IMG/VR virus record: IMGVR_UViG_3300020477_001008
Location: 1 to 64,000 of that record
Strand: one strand, 5' to 3'
DNA length: 64,000 bases
Shown here one piece after another: positions 25,116 to 34,539 of this stretch. Under the pieces are notes generated by a model. It was not told the origin of the DNA. It was given only the letters and a program-made list of their open reading frames with translations, and made no database searches. Both the position numbers and the translations under genes were made by a program. How positions within the stretch are numbered: position 1 is the stretch's first letter; the number at the start of each line of letters is the position of its first letter.

Positions 25116-25166
25116 ATTGGCTGTATAATAGCTTGACTTTTAAGCAATATATGTTATATTACTACT

Positions 25167-25406
25167 ATGGGAATTAACTTTGATCTTCCAGAAGAGCAAC
25201 CAATTGAAACAGTATGGATTACTTGTACAGATAAGAACAAGACTATGGAAGCCAATGTAGTTTCTAAAAGACAGCACGAAATTGTTATGGTTACTAAAGA
25301 AGGTAATATTAGATTAAGTTTTAAAAAAGCAAACAGCTTTGGTAAAATCAAAGAAGGAGTTTGGACATCTAATATGGCAGGATATGAATTTGTATATACA
25401 GAATAA
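25167..25406 (+). CDS. Hypothetical protein, probably leaderless
   Basis: TTGACT-N16-TATATT promoter 25133-25160; ATG 6 nt after the -10. Confidence 0.7.
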   Translation: MGINFDLPEEQPIETVWITCTDKNKTMEANVVSKRQHEIVMVTKEGNIRLSFKKANSFGKIKEGVWTSNMAGYEFVYTE

Positions 25407-25886
25407 ATGGCAACAGAAAAAACTAAAAAACTACTGGACAAGCTCAACGATATTACGAGCACTCATAAAGATCTTAACGTACCCAAACACATACCTACTA
25501 GCAATATTATGTGGGTATCAGTTCTAGATATGTACGATTTTCCTAAACACTATGACAAAGTCAAAAAGCACAAAGAAGTAGATGAGGATGGTGTAGAGGA
25601 TTCTTGGTTTTACTATGATAGAATATATGGAGCAAGTCATACGCAAAGATTGATACAAGCAGATGGTTCAGAATATCAAGGCAAAATTTACGATAGACGT
25701 AAAGTTATAAAAAGAGAAGATGGTACTAAATTTTATACTAGATGTCATCAGACAGCAGATGGAAGATGGTTTGATGGATCTGGAATGCCTATGACACCAC
25801 CCACAGAGATAGACAATGAACAAGATGAAAAACAAATACCTGAAGAAGCCCAGTCCGAAGAGAAGGAAACTGGCTCGCAAGAATAA
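25407..25886 (+). CDS. Hypothetical protein
   Basis: Directly abuts upstream stop. Confidence 0.7.
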   Translation: MATEKTKKLLDKLNDITSTHKDLNVPKHIPTSNIMWVSVLDMYDFPKHYDKVKKHKEVDEDGVEDSWFYYDRIYGASHTQRLIQADGSEYQGKIYDRRKVIKREDGTKFYTRCHQTADGRWFDGSGMPMTPPTEIDNEQDEKQIPEEAQSEEKETGSQE

Positions 25887-26094
25887 GTTCTGGCTAAAGC
25901 TTAAAGGAACTTATCAAGAAGATACTACTATGTTAGATCACGACGAACTAGCAAAAGATGTAGAAAGATTGATTGCGGCTGTACAGCAAGATATGATGTG
26001 GGACGACAAAGATGTAAAAACCTGGGATATGATACAACAAGGAATTGTAGATTGGTCAGGAGAAGTAGCTAAAAAATATAGGAAGAAAAAATGA
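25816..26094 (+). CDS. Hypothetical protein (true start may be 25930)
   Basis: ORF track; overlap makes the start uncertain. Confidence 0.5.
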   Translation: MNKMKNKYLKKPSPKRRKLARKNKFWLKLKGTYQEDTTMLDHDELAKDVERLIAAVQQDMMWDDKDVKTWDMIQQGIVDWSGEVAKKYRKKK

Positions 26095-26215
26095 TTAGAT
26101 ATATAACAACTTTGATTTGGGAATTAATTAAAGACATTTTTACTGACTTAAAAATATGGTTATATGTAATGCTTATTATAGGAGTTAGTATTATTATTAA
26201 TTGGGCTTTGTTCTA

Positions 26216-26404
26216 ATGAGTGCCGTATATTATAAGGTTACAGTTACTAAAAATGATATGGAATGTACCTTATATTGGTGGGAAAAAACTTATTCTAAGT
26301 TATTGGAATCAGTTGACTTTTTGTACAAATATGCTAAAGTAGATGCAGTAGAACTTGAAATGATAACAAAAAAAGAATGGCATAAAGGAGAATATGGTTT
26401 CTAA
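26216..26404 (+). CDS. Hypothetical protein
   Basis: Overlaps the nadE start. Confidence 0.55.
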   Translation: MSAVYYKVTVTKNDMECTLYWWEKTYSKLLESVDFLYKYAKVDAVELEMITKKEWHKGEYGF

Positions 26405-27149
26405 AGAAATATCAAGTTGGATTAAAAGTTATGCTGGAGAGCATAACAGAGAAAGTTTAGTTGTTGGTATATCCGGAGGCATTGATAGTTCAGTTGTTAG
26501 TACTTTGTGTGCTATGACAGAACTACCTGTATATGCTTTAACTATGCCTATAAGACAAATTGAAAGTCAAAACGATTTAAGTATGAAACAAGGCGAATGG
26601 CTTGTTAAAAAATTTAACAATGTATCTCATTGTATTATTCCTTTAGATTCAGTTTATAATAATTTTCAAGATAGTTTAGGCAGTCCTTTTGATAATGAAC
26701 TTGCTTATGCAAATACAAAATCAAGATTACGTATGGTAACACTACACCAAATATCTGGATCTAAAAAAGGTTTAGTTGTAGGTACAGGAAACAAAGTAGA
26801 AGATTTTGGAGTAGGCTTTTTTACAAAATATGGAGATGGTGGAGTTGACTTATCACCAATTGGCGACTTGTTTAAATCTGAAGTTTATGCACTAGCTAAA
26901 GAACTTGATATAATGCAAGAAATAATTGACGCACCACCAACAGATGGTTTGTGGGAAGACGGTAGAACTGATCAAGATCAACTAGGTGGATTAACTTACG
27001 ATCAAATGGAACGAGCTATGGACTTAGATCAAAAAGGTGCAATTACAATTGATGATGATAGTGTATTAATACAAAACTATAGAAATATTAGAAAACAAAA
27101 TTTACATAAAATGGAACCAATACCAATCTACAAAAAGGAGTATAAATGA
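26394..27149 (+). CDS. nadE: NH3-dependent NAD+ synthetase
   Basis: GISGGIDS, N.KSRLRM, TGNKVE, GFFTKYGDG, PIGDLFKSEV, PPTDGL. Confidence 0.95.
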   Translation: MVSKEISSWIKSYAGEHNRESLVVGISGGIDSSVVSTLCAMTELPVYALTMPIRQIESQNDLSMKQGEWLVKKFNNVSHCIIPLDSVYNNFQDSLGSPFDNELAYANTKSRLRMVTLHQISGSKKGLVVGTGNKVEDFGVGFFTKYGDGGVDLSPIGDLFKSEVYALAKELDIMQEIIDAPPTDGLWEDGRTDQDQLGGLTYDQMERAMDLDQKGAITIDDDSVLIQNYRNIRKQNLHKMEPIPIYKKEYK

Positions 27150-27667
27150 TAAAGCATATCTGCGCCACACTATTGCTGGCTTGTAATTTAATATCTCAAC
27201 CAGTAAGTTATGAAACAAAAGATCAGTTTGTTCATCTTATTAAAGAGTGTGCAGTTGAATATAATGCTTACTTTGCCGAACCAGATAAAAGAATTCCTGT
27301 GCCATTAGTTGTAGCAGTTGCAGGACACGAGAGTGGTTGGGGTACTAGTAGATTTGCAACAGAAGGCTATAACTTTTTTGGAATTTATGCAGGACCTAAT
27401 GCAGTAGATTATATGGTACCAAAAGATAACGATCAAATTAAATTAGTAAAATTTGAATCAATATGTGATGGTGTGTATGGCTTTATGGATCTGTTATCAA
27501 AAGATAAACGATATAAAGACTTTAGAGATCAATTAATACATCAATGGATATCTGATGATATTAATTATGATGCATTAGTTTATCTATTATCACCTATATA
27601 TGCTACTGACCCAGGCTGGGGTCCTAAAGTATTACAAACAATTAAGCAATTAGAATTAAAATATTAA
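27146..27667 (+). CDS. GH73 glucosaminidase/muramidase (Bax/FlgJ-like)
   Basis: HESGWG.S, NFFGI, YATDP. Confidence 0.85.
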   Translation: MIKHICATLLLACNLISQPVSYETKDQFVHLIKECAVEYNAYFAEPDKRIPVPLVVAVAGHESGWGTSRFATEGYNFFGIYAGPNAVDYMVPKDNDQIKLVKFESICDGVYGFMDLLSKDKRYKDFRDQLIHQWISDDINYDALVYLLSPIYATDPGWGPKVLQTIKQLELKY

Positions 27668-28734
27668 CTAAAGTAATCTTCTTGATTACCTTCTCTTATA
27701 GTATCCATTGTTAAACAATGTATTCCACCATCCCAGAAATGTTTGTGTCGCCAATGCCACGGCCAAGCTTCTATTCCGTGAGCTTTAAATTTATCGTATG
27801 TTTCTTTATGGTAGCCGTTAGTAATTACTAAATTTTCATTTACACTAAAGCAGTTAACATCAAATACTGTTTCATCACAATAGCCAATCCATTCAGTTAA
27901 GTACTCTGAAACAAATTCTTGATACCATCTTTTTTTACGTGTTTTTGTAAAATAGTCAGGTACGTTCCACGCAGTCTTAGGCACTTCGATTACGTCCCAA
28001 CTTTTTAAAACTTCTGGAATATCTTCTTTATCCCAACAAGCAAGAAGTCCTGGTCTTAGTAATGCTAACTTACCATCAAGGTGTCCACCTACATTAACAA
28101 TATGATATCTAAACTTATCACCGAATGCTCTTTGTAACCATTCCATACCTAAGTTAGAACCTTTGCCTTTATGATGACCACGTGTTGGATGTACAGCAGA
28201 ATAAAAAATATCTTTGCCACATCTTAATATATTTGCTGAATGATACAATATTTTTTTATCATCGTGTTCTTCATATCCTTGTGTTGGACTATCAAAGTTA
28301 GGCATAGGCATTGAAATCCAATTATTACCTTGCTTATAATATTCTATAAAATGATTGTAAGTACCCCAGTTTTCAAAAAAACGACCATTGTTACCTGTGT
28401 AAAAATGAACTAACGTATCTCCATAAACACCAGCAGTATCTCTTGGTTGAAGTGGATGATTTGGAAATTGAAATTTAAATTTGCTTAAATCAATTTGGCC
28501 AAACTTCTTGTTTAAGTCAAATGTTATTTCTGGTCTTAATACATTAACACCAACACTTTCTAAAAAGTCTTTGACTTTTAAAACATCTTCTTCAGTCTCT
28601 TCGAATATTTGTTTTAGCCCAGCACGTAAATCATCTTCAGGAAATTGCTCTTTAGTTAACCAGTCTGTTGTATAACCTTTACCTAGTATAACTTCTTTTA
28701 ATGGTTGGAACTCTGTCCAAGAATTAGCTTTCAT
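27664..28734 (-). CDS. Amidinotransferase (glycine/inosamine-phosphate type)
   Basis: NSWTEFQPLKEVILG, PRD, HLDG, GGIHCLTMD..R. Confidence 0.85.
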   Translation of the reverse strand: MKANSWTEFQPLKEVILGKGYTTDWLTKEQFPEDDLRAGLKQIFEETEEDVLKVKDFLESVGVNVLRPEITFDLNKKFGQIDLSKFKFQFPNHPLQPRDTAGVYGDTLVHFYTGNNGRFFENWGTYNHFIEYYKQGNNWISMPMPNFDSPTQGYEEHDDKKILYHSANILRCGKDIFYSAVHPTRGHHKGKGSNLGMEWLQRAFGDKFRYHIVNVGGHLDGKLALLRPGLLACWDKEDIPEVLKSWDVIEVPKTAWNVPDYFTKTRKKRWYQEFVSEYLTEWIGYCDETVFDVNCFSVNENLVITNGYHKETYDKFKAHGIEAWPWHWRHKHFWDGGIHCLTMDTIREGNQEDYFS

Positions 28735-28845
28735 TTGTACACCTTTTTTATTATTATATTATTATTTATTTTATTAAGATGTGTACTATCACACCGGTTG
28801 GATTGTTAAGATTGTAATGTTTTTAAAGTTTAAAAAATAGAAGAA

Positions 28846-28935
28846 TTATTTCCTCTTCCATCTTTTACTTCTAGCTCTTCTTTTTTTACTGCCTCTTTTA
28901 CGTCTGCCCTTGTGGGTCTTATCCTGCCTAGCCAT
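28846..28935 (-). CDS. Very basic 29-aa peptide (MARQDKTHKGRRKRGSKKRRARSKRWKRK)
   Basis: Hand translation; SD AAAGG. Confidence 0.5.
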   Translation of the reverse strand: MARQDKTHKGRRKRGSKKRRARSKRWKRK

Positions 28936-29041
28936 AAAGCCTTTCATTACTTCAATGAACTGCTATTTGCTTACATTAATGTGATACAACCGTAAATGAA
29001 AATTGACGTATAGACAATAAAAAGTGCCCACATCGTCTTAC

Positions 29042-29194
29042 TCATTCAACATCCTTTTGATGTGCTTTACCTGATTTTCTACCACGCATATAATATTTTG
29101 ATGGTTCATAATCCCATCTCATACCGTGATGTCCACGTATATCAGCATACCACATTCTAAGTCTAACTATCATCTTTCTAATTTGTCTTGCCAT
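29042..29194 (-). CDS. Small basic protein (50 aa, MARQIRKMIVRLRMWYADIRGHHGMRWDYEPSKYY...)
   Basis: Hand translation; downstream of late promoter TATAAATA 29329-29336 (-) and a long hairpin leader. Confidence 0.65.
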   Translation of the reverse strand: MARQIRKMIVRLRMWYADIRGHHGMRWDYEPSKYYMRGRKSGKAHQKDVE

Positions 29195-29367
29195 TGGTGC
29201 TCAGTCTTTCGTTTTAACAAAGTTAACAAAATTTCAAAGTAGTCTTCTACAATATTTCTGTTAACGTTTTATCAAAACGACTGTGCCATTAGCCGAAATA
29301 ATAGGGTGTTCTACTTGAAGTTCATACCTATTTATAATTCAAGTTAAAATTTAACTTCAAACGACAA

Positions 29368-29472
29368 TTATTTGTAAATGAAAGGATCTCGCTTTTTGAG
29401 TTCTTTAATTTTTTTCTTGTAAGCGAAATGCATTTTGATCTCAATCCAGATGTTTTTGATCCACTTAATCAT
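29368..29472 (-). CDS. Small protein (34 aa, ...KELKKRDPFIYK)
   Basis: SD AGGAG; hand translation. Confidence 0.6.
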   Translation of the reverse strand: MIKWIKNIWIEIKMHFAYKKKIKELKKRDPFIYK

Positions 29473-29479
29473 ATTGCTC

Positions 29480-30661
29480 CTATCTGATTTTAATGATATT
29501 CATTAGCTCTGATAACTCAGGAAACGTTTTATCAAATGACTCTACTCTTACTAAATCCATTCTGTATATGTGCCTCTTAAACTCACCTATTTTATTACTA
29601 CTATCGCTGTTTTCCATAAATTGAATTACTTGGTTGAATCCTTTATAATTATAGTCTAAAAGCCTATCTTTTACAACCTCTTTTAAGAAGCTTGGTAATG
29701 TAGAGATGTTATAATGCTTGGGTTCGTGTAATGTATTTAGGTATACTTTCATACCAAAATTATCAGTCCAGTCTATGAATTCAGGCAAGTAAAAAGCATT
29801 AAAAATATTAACAGTATGACATATAGATAAATCTAGCTTATTTGATTCATATGTTTGCCACACTTCTAAATTCTTCAGTACTTGCTCCCATTTAGCTGGG
29901 TGTCTTTGGTATTCAAATTGTTTACCTATACCATCGATACTAAAATGCACATCAACATATTTGAAATGCGGAAATATATTATCAAGAGCATCTAATGGCA
30001 ATTGTGTTCCATTTGTGTTATAGTGTAAGCTGATTTTATGTGCGTGTCCTTGTTTTATAATCTTATGTAAAAGATCCAAATGTTCTTTTATCATAAACGG
30101 TTCACCACCTGTAAAATCCAAATGCTCTAGTACAGGAATTAGTGATTCAACATTTTTCCAAAACACTTCTGATTTTTCTGGCCAATCAAGTCTTTCATAA
30201 AACTTAATATCTTTATCAATTATATCATATTTTCTTTGTTCTGAAATCCATTTAGATGAGTATTGTGGAGAACAAATTCTGCATTTAAGATTACATATAT
30301 TTCCAAGTTTTAAATCCAAATATCTAGGAGCAGATTCTTCCCATATGATTTTATCATTAATTAAATGCTTGTATTTTGCATTATCTCTTACTCTTTTAGA
30401 TGCTTTACCCGACATTTCTTCCATCCAACATCTATGGCATCCACGTGGTTGTGTGCCAGATAAAAACCTTTTACGTATAGTAGCTAGTTCTTCACTATTC
30501 CATATTTCTTGGAATTCTTCACGTTGGATTTTATATTCTTGACCATTTTCCTTTTTTAGTGTATCTTTATACATACAGCACGGTTTTACTGTGCCGTTAG
30601 GTTGGACTTCTAAACCAGTCCAAGGAAGAATACAAAAATTTTGAGGTAATTTATTATCCAT
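29480..30661 (-). CDS. Radical SAM/SPASM-Twitch protein
   Basis: CNLKCRIC, GGEP, FCILPW..PCC..CHRC. Confidence 0.9.
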   Translation of the reverse strand: MDNKLPQNFCILPWTGLEVQPNGTVKPCCMYKDTLKKENGQEYKIQREEFQEIWNSEELATIRKRFLSGTQPRGCHRCWMEEMSGKASKRVRDNAKYKHLINDKIIWEESAPRYLDLKLGNICNLKCRICSPQYSSKWISEQRKYDIIDKDIKFYERLDWPEKSEVFWKNVESLIPVLEHLDFTGGEPFMIKEHLDLLHKIIKQGHAHKISLHYNTNGTQLPLDALDNIFPHFKYVDVHFSIDGIGKQFEYQRHPAKWEQVLKNLEVWQTYESNKLDLSICHTVNIFNAFYLPEFIDWTDNFGMKVYLNTLHEPKHYNISTLPSFLKEVVKDRLLDYNYKGFNQVIQFMENSDSSNKIGEFKRHIYRMDLVRVESFDKTFPELSELMNIIKIR

Positions 30662-31405
30662 ATGTTAAATGTCGCTTTTATCGGTTGTAGTTGGACGCAA
30701 GGTTACAATATTCCATATACTAGTACTTATCCGTATATTGTACACGAATTGTTAAACAAATACAAGGTTGAAAACAGAGTAGTTAATGCTGGAAGAAATG
30801 GTTCCAGTTGGGTTACATATCCAAGTACTATAAAATATATTAACGAAACGTATGATGCTGATATATTTGTAGTTCAGCATACAACACCGGACAGAGGTTT
30901 ATTGCAGTTTTCATCTAGCCAGTGGAAGTACCAAAAAATAGCTAGAGATCACGATGTGTATGAAAACTATTTGCAGTTATGGGATAACACACAAAGTTAT
31001 TATCATTTAACAATAGGAATGGCTGAACAAATAATTGCTGATGAAAAATCAGAATTAGTACAACATATTTTTCACGAAATACAACGCAAGAGTACATTAA
31101 CAAAACAACAAATAATTGATAGAGTTTCTTATTGGTATAATCAAGAAAGACATCATCCTCTTAACTTTGAAAAATATACAGAAGCAGTTGAGTATTGTAA
31201 TTATTATATTAAAGATAAAAACAAAAAAATTGTAAATTTATTTTGGTTAGATGATGAGTTTTGTAAATCATTTACAAATCTACCCAATAAAATAGTTGTA
31301 CAAAACGAAATAGATTTTAAACAATATGCAATTGATTCTGGATATCACTTTGATGATAAAGGAAATAAAATATTAGCTGAGGTACTAATACCCCAGCTTT
31401 TATAG
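30662..31405 (+). CDS. SGNH/GDSL-like protein
   Basis: GCSWT, NAGRNG, DSGYH. Confidence 0.7.
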   Translation: MLNVAFIGCSWTQGYNIPYTSTYPYIVHELLNKYKVENRVVNAGRNGSSWVTYPSTIKYINETYDADIFVVQHTTPDRGLLQFSSSQWKYQKIARDHDVYENYLQLWDNTQSYYHLTIGMAEQIIADEKSELVQHIFHEIQRKSTLTKQQIIDRVSYWYNQERHHPLNFEKYTEAVEYCNYYIKDKNKKIVNLFWLDDEFCKSFTNLPNKIVVQNEIDFKQYAIDSGYHFDDKGNKILAEVLIPQLL

Positions 31406-31558
31406 GATTATTTTTTAGCTTTCTTTTTAGGTTTACTCTCAACTTTTTTTGGAGGTTTACCAACTAAAAATTCTGTTAGTGCTTCTAAGTCTTTTATAAC
31501 TTTGTCGATAAATTTGGCCATATTAATCTCCTTGTTAATTGTTTAATAGTATATATGA

Positions 31559-31756
31559 TTATGATTTGTCTTTAGGAACTTTGACCCAACGGTCAACTTC
31601 TGTACCTTTTCTATTAGTATACTCTACTCTTAGAAACTGTGTACCTTTTGGTGCCGAGCCTGCCACAGATTTAAATATTTTTTTAAAGCCTAAGCCTTCT
31701 TTTTCTTGTGTAAACTCTTTATCATCGGTTATTTTAATTTTTATCTTTCTACCCAT
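31559..31756 (-). CDS. Small basic protein (start MGRKIK)
   Basis: ORF track, start adjusted. Confidence 0.6.
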   Translation of the reverse strand: MGRKIKIKITDDKEFTQEKEGLGFKKIFKSVAGSAPKGTQFLRVEYTNRKGTEVDRWVKVPKDKS

Positions 31757-31848
31757 AACTTTACTTATCCACAAAAATTTCGGGGGTACTAACACCCCAG
31801 GTGGTGGCGTTTCGGGTACTGTAGGGGTCTTAAAACAAATCTTTTTTT

Positions 31849-33072
31849 CTATGATTTAGCTATTTTTTCAAGATCTAGCAATTCTGGAAATATATCACGC
31901 CAATTTTCATTTCTTATATTATCTAAACGATTTGTGATTTCATACCAGTCTTTTATTAAGTGAGAGTAGTCAGCTTCATACAAATAACTTATTAGCGATT
32001 CATATCTTGTATGATTAGCATCTGTATTTTCTTTCATCCACGTTTGAGCATTAGTCCATTTCTCTGCAAGTTTATCTTTCATATCTTTTGGTAGTATTTG
32101 TATTCTCAAATGCTCAGGAGTTTGCAAAGGATTTAATAAACTATGTGGACCAACCCATTCCTTTTTAATCCAATCAATATGAAAATCTGAAACGTGAAAA
32201 CTATTAAACACGTCAACACACGACGCAACAAAAAAGAAAGCCCTAGGACATTTTTCAAAAACATTTTTTCTATTTTCTTCAACTTGCTCCCAGCTTTGCC
32301 CAGCACGAAGATATTCACCTCGCTTATGTGTTGCATCTAAACTAGCACCAATTTCTACATATTCAAACTTGTCCCATTCTTTGAATACGTCCATTCCTTT
32401 ATAAATTACTTGGCTAAAGTTTGTATTGTACTTTAGTCTTACGTGAAACATTTTCTTTTCTACTAATTTTTTTAATATTCTATAATGCTCTTCCATTATT
32501 AATGGTTCACCACCGGCAAAATATACTTCTTCTAAACCATCTACATATGGCTCAACTACTTCCCAAAATCTTTTTTCGTCTTTGTATGGTCTAATAACTT
32601 TAGAGTGATCTGGTTTACTGAATAATTTAGTTTGGTCTTCATACCAGCTTGATGATAAATCTGGACCACAAGTTCTACATTTAAAGTTACATAAGTTACT
32701 AAATCTAAAATCAATGTAAGGTAAATTAACTTTGTCAACAGTACCATCTTCTTTAGTTGATTCTACAACATCCCAATGATGATTTAATTTTTCATTAGAC
32801 CAAGTTCTAGTTGTATTAATACTATGTCTTTCTTGTTCGTAACAACGTGTACAGATCTTATTAGCTTTTCCATTTAGTAAGTCTTTACGTAATTGTTTTT
32901 GTTGCGGAGAATTCCAAGCTTGTTCTAATGTTATTTCTTTTAAGTTACCCATTATATCGTTACTATCACTCATACAACAAGTCAATACTCTACCATCTGG
33001 CCACGTGTGTAAATGTGTCCACGGTATCATACAAAAAGTTTTTGATTTAAGTAACTTATCTTTATCTAGCAT
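31849..33072 (-). CDS. Radical SAM/SPASM-Twitch protein
   Basis: CNFKCRTC, GGEP, FCMIPW..CC..CTRC. Confidence 0.9.
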   Translation of the reverse strand: MLDKDKLLKSKTFCMIPWTHLHTWPDGRVLTCCMSDSNDIMGNLKEITLEQAWNSPQQKQLRKDLLNGKANKICTRCYEQERHSINTTRTWSNEKLNHHWDVVESTKEDGTVDKVNLPYIDFRFSNLCNFKCRTCGPDLSSSWYEDQTKLFSKPDHSKVIRPYKDEKRFWEVVEPYVDGLEEVYFAGGEPLIMEEHYRILKKLVEKKMFHVRLKYNTNFSQVIYKGMDVFKEWDKFEYVEIGASLDATHKRGEYLRAGQSWEQVEENRKNVFEKCPRAFFFVASCVDVFNSFHVSDFHIDWIKKEWVGPHSLLNPLQTPEHLRIQILPKDMKDKLAEKWTNAQTWMKENTDANHTRYESLISYLYEADYSHLIKDWYEITNRLDNIRNENWRDIFPELLDLEKIAKS

Positions 33073-34072
33073 TGATTTCGCTTTTCCAACTTGGAATAAG
33101 CAGATTTTCAAACACACTTCTGTTATGAGAAAGTTTTGCTTTTATATCATCTTGTTGATATAATTCTGTCCATTCCTCAGGTGTTTTATGTACAAGAGTT
33201 TCTATCTCGTTCCACATAGCACTATATCTTTCATTGTAAGGTAAACTATCAAATGCTTCGTGGTTATATAATTCTGTGTAAGGTTCAAAGCCATTATCTA
33301 TTAAGAACTTCATTGTATCCTTACAACCGTGAACGATAAAAATTTTATTGTACAAAATTGGTTTCCAAGTTTTTTCTGTTATAAACAAACTAGTATCACT
33401 AACAATACTTTCATTTACTATTTCAAATCCCGCATAGTGATAATTTGGAGGTAATATTTCTTGATTTTGTCCTTCGTCAATTTCTTTACCTGTAAAATCT
33501 AATTTAAGATCATCTCCTTGAAATTTTGGATTAGTAAAATAATGATCAGGCACATTATTACCATATCTATTAATCCAAGATATCTCGCCAAATCCATCTA
33601 ATCCATTATCAAACAAATCAGTGACTAATTTTGCTCTATGTGTTTTTGCCGCTCCATTTAAACAAATAAATCTTCTAGTTTTTCTTTCATATGCTTTGGG
33701 TTGTTTAATACTTTTATTTTGTTTGTTTATTATTGTTCTGGATAGTAATTCAAAAGGTGCTGACACTATGTTTACAGGAAAATCTTTACGTTCAGTTCCT
33801 GCAAACCATTTATCTACATTTTCTTTTAGATTAACATCAGCCATTACTAAACTAGCATTATCTTCAGGCCAACCTTCTAAAGCTTCACGTACATACGGTA
33901 AAAAATTTTCTTTTGTTTGGAAATGTATTTCACCTTCCCACACTCTTTTAATTACAATATGATGTGTTTCTTTTTTATCTTGATTATTACGAATCCAATA
34001 ATTTAGGGCATTAAGTTGTCCTAAAATATCGTGTGTACAATCTAAATCAACTATGTGAAGTTCTTTATTCAT
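33062..34072 (-). CDS. Glycosyltransferase-like protein (E..F.TEK..KP family)
   Basis: FICLNG...HR, NES..FITEKTWKPI, GF. Confidence 0.6.
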   Translation of the reverse strand: MNKELHIVDLDCTHDILGQLNALNYWIRNNQDKKETHHIVIKRVWEGEIHFQTKENFLPYVREALEGWPEDNASLVMADVNLKENVDKWFAGTERKDFPVNIVSAPFELLSRTIINKQNKSIKQPKAYERKTRRFICLNGAAKTHRAKLVTDLFDNGLDGFGEISWINRYGNNVPDHYFTNPKFQGDDLKLDFTGKEIDEGQNQEILPPNYHYAGFEIVNESIVSDTSLFITEKTWKPILYNKIFIVHGCKDTMKFLIDNGFEPYTELYNHEAFDSLPYNERYSAMWNEIETLVHKTPEEWTELYQQDDIKAKLSHNRSVFENLLIPSWKSEINAR

Positions 34073-34539
34073 TTGTTTAATCTCTTTAACATATTTACTC
34101 TTTTTTGATGACGCCCACCTTCAAATTTAGTTTGGAAAAAATCTTCTATCATATATTGTGCTGTATCAGTATCTGTATAATCTGCACCTAAACACATAAC
34201 ATTCATATCGTTGTGTTCACGTGCTTGTTCAACATCATACCTATCTCTACAAACTACTGCTCTAATATTTTGAAATCTATTAGCCGCAATACAAACACCA
34301 AAACCAGATCCACATATTAAAATTCCGTGTGTATATATGTCAAATGTTTCACCAAACTTTTTAACATAATTAGGATAATCACATTTATCATTTGTATATG
34401 TTCCTACGTCTTGCATAACAGCAATTGGAAATGGTCCTTCATTATCGCTGTTAACAGGACACACCCAATCCATTAATTCATTTTTTAATTCAAGTCCTCT
34501 ATGGTCCGATCCCCACAATAAATCTATTGTTTTAGCCAT
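34069..34539 (-). CDS. rpiB: Ribose-5-phosphate isomerase B
   Basis: GSDHRG, DYP, ICGSGFG, AREHND.NV, FEGGRH. Confidence 0.9.
   Translation of the reverse strand: MAKTIDLLWGSDHRGLELKNELMDWVCPVNSDNEGPFPIAVMQDVGTYTNDKCDYPNYVKKFGETFDIYTHGILICGSGFGVCIAANRFQNIRAVVCRDRYDVEQAREHNDMNVMCLGADYTDTDTAQYMIEDFFQTKFEGGRHQKRVNMLKRLNK

Noticed and set aside
24959-25147. 62-aa Tyr/Val/Phe-rich ORF
   Set aside because: Translation of the CATAC repeat array; no SD.
29192-29290. tRNA or tmRNA (GAGCACCA end on the - strand)
   Set aside because: No cloverleaf, T-loop or acceptor stem; I recognised no tRNA in the window.
31765-31773. Perfect DnaA box TTATCCACA
   Set aside because: Single copy between small genes; plausible by chance in AT-rich DNA.
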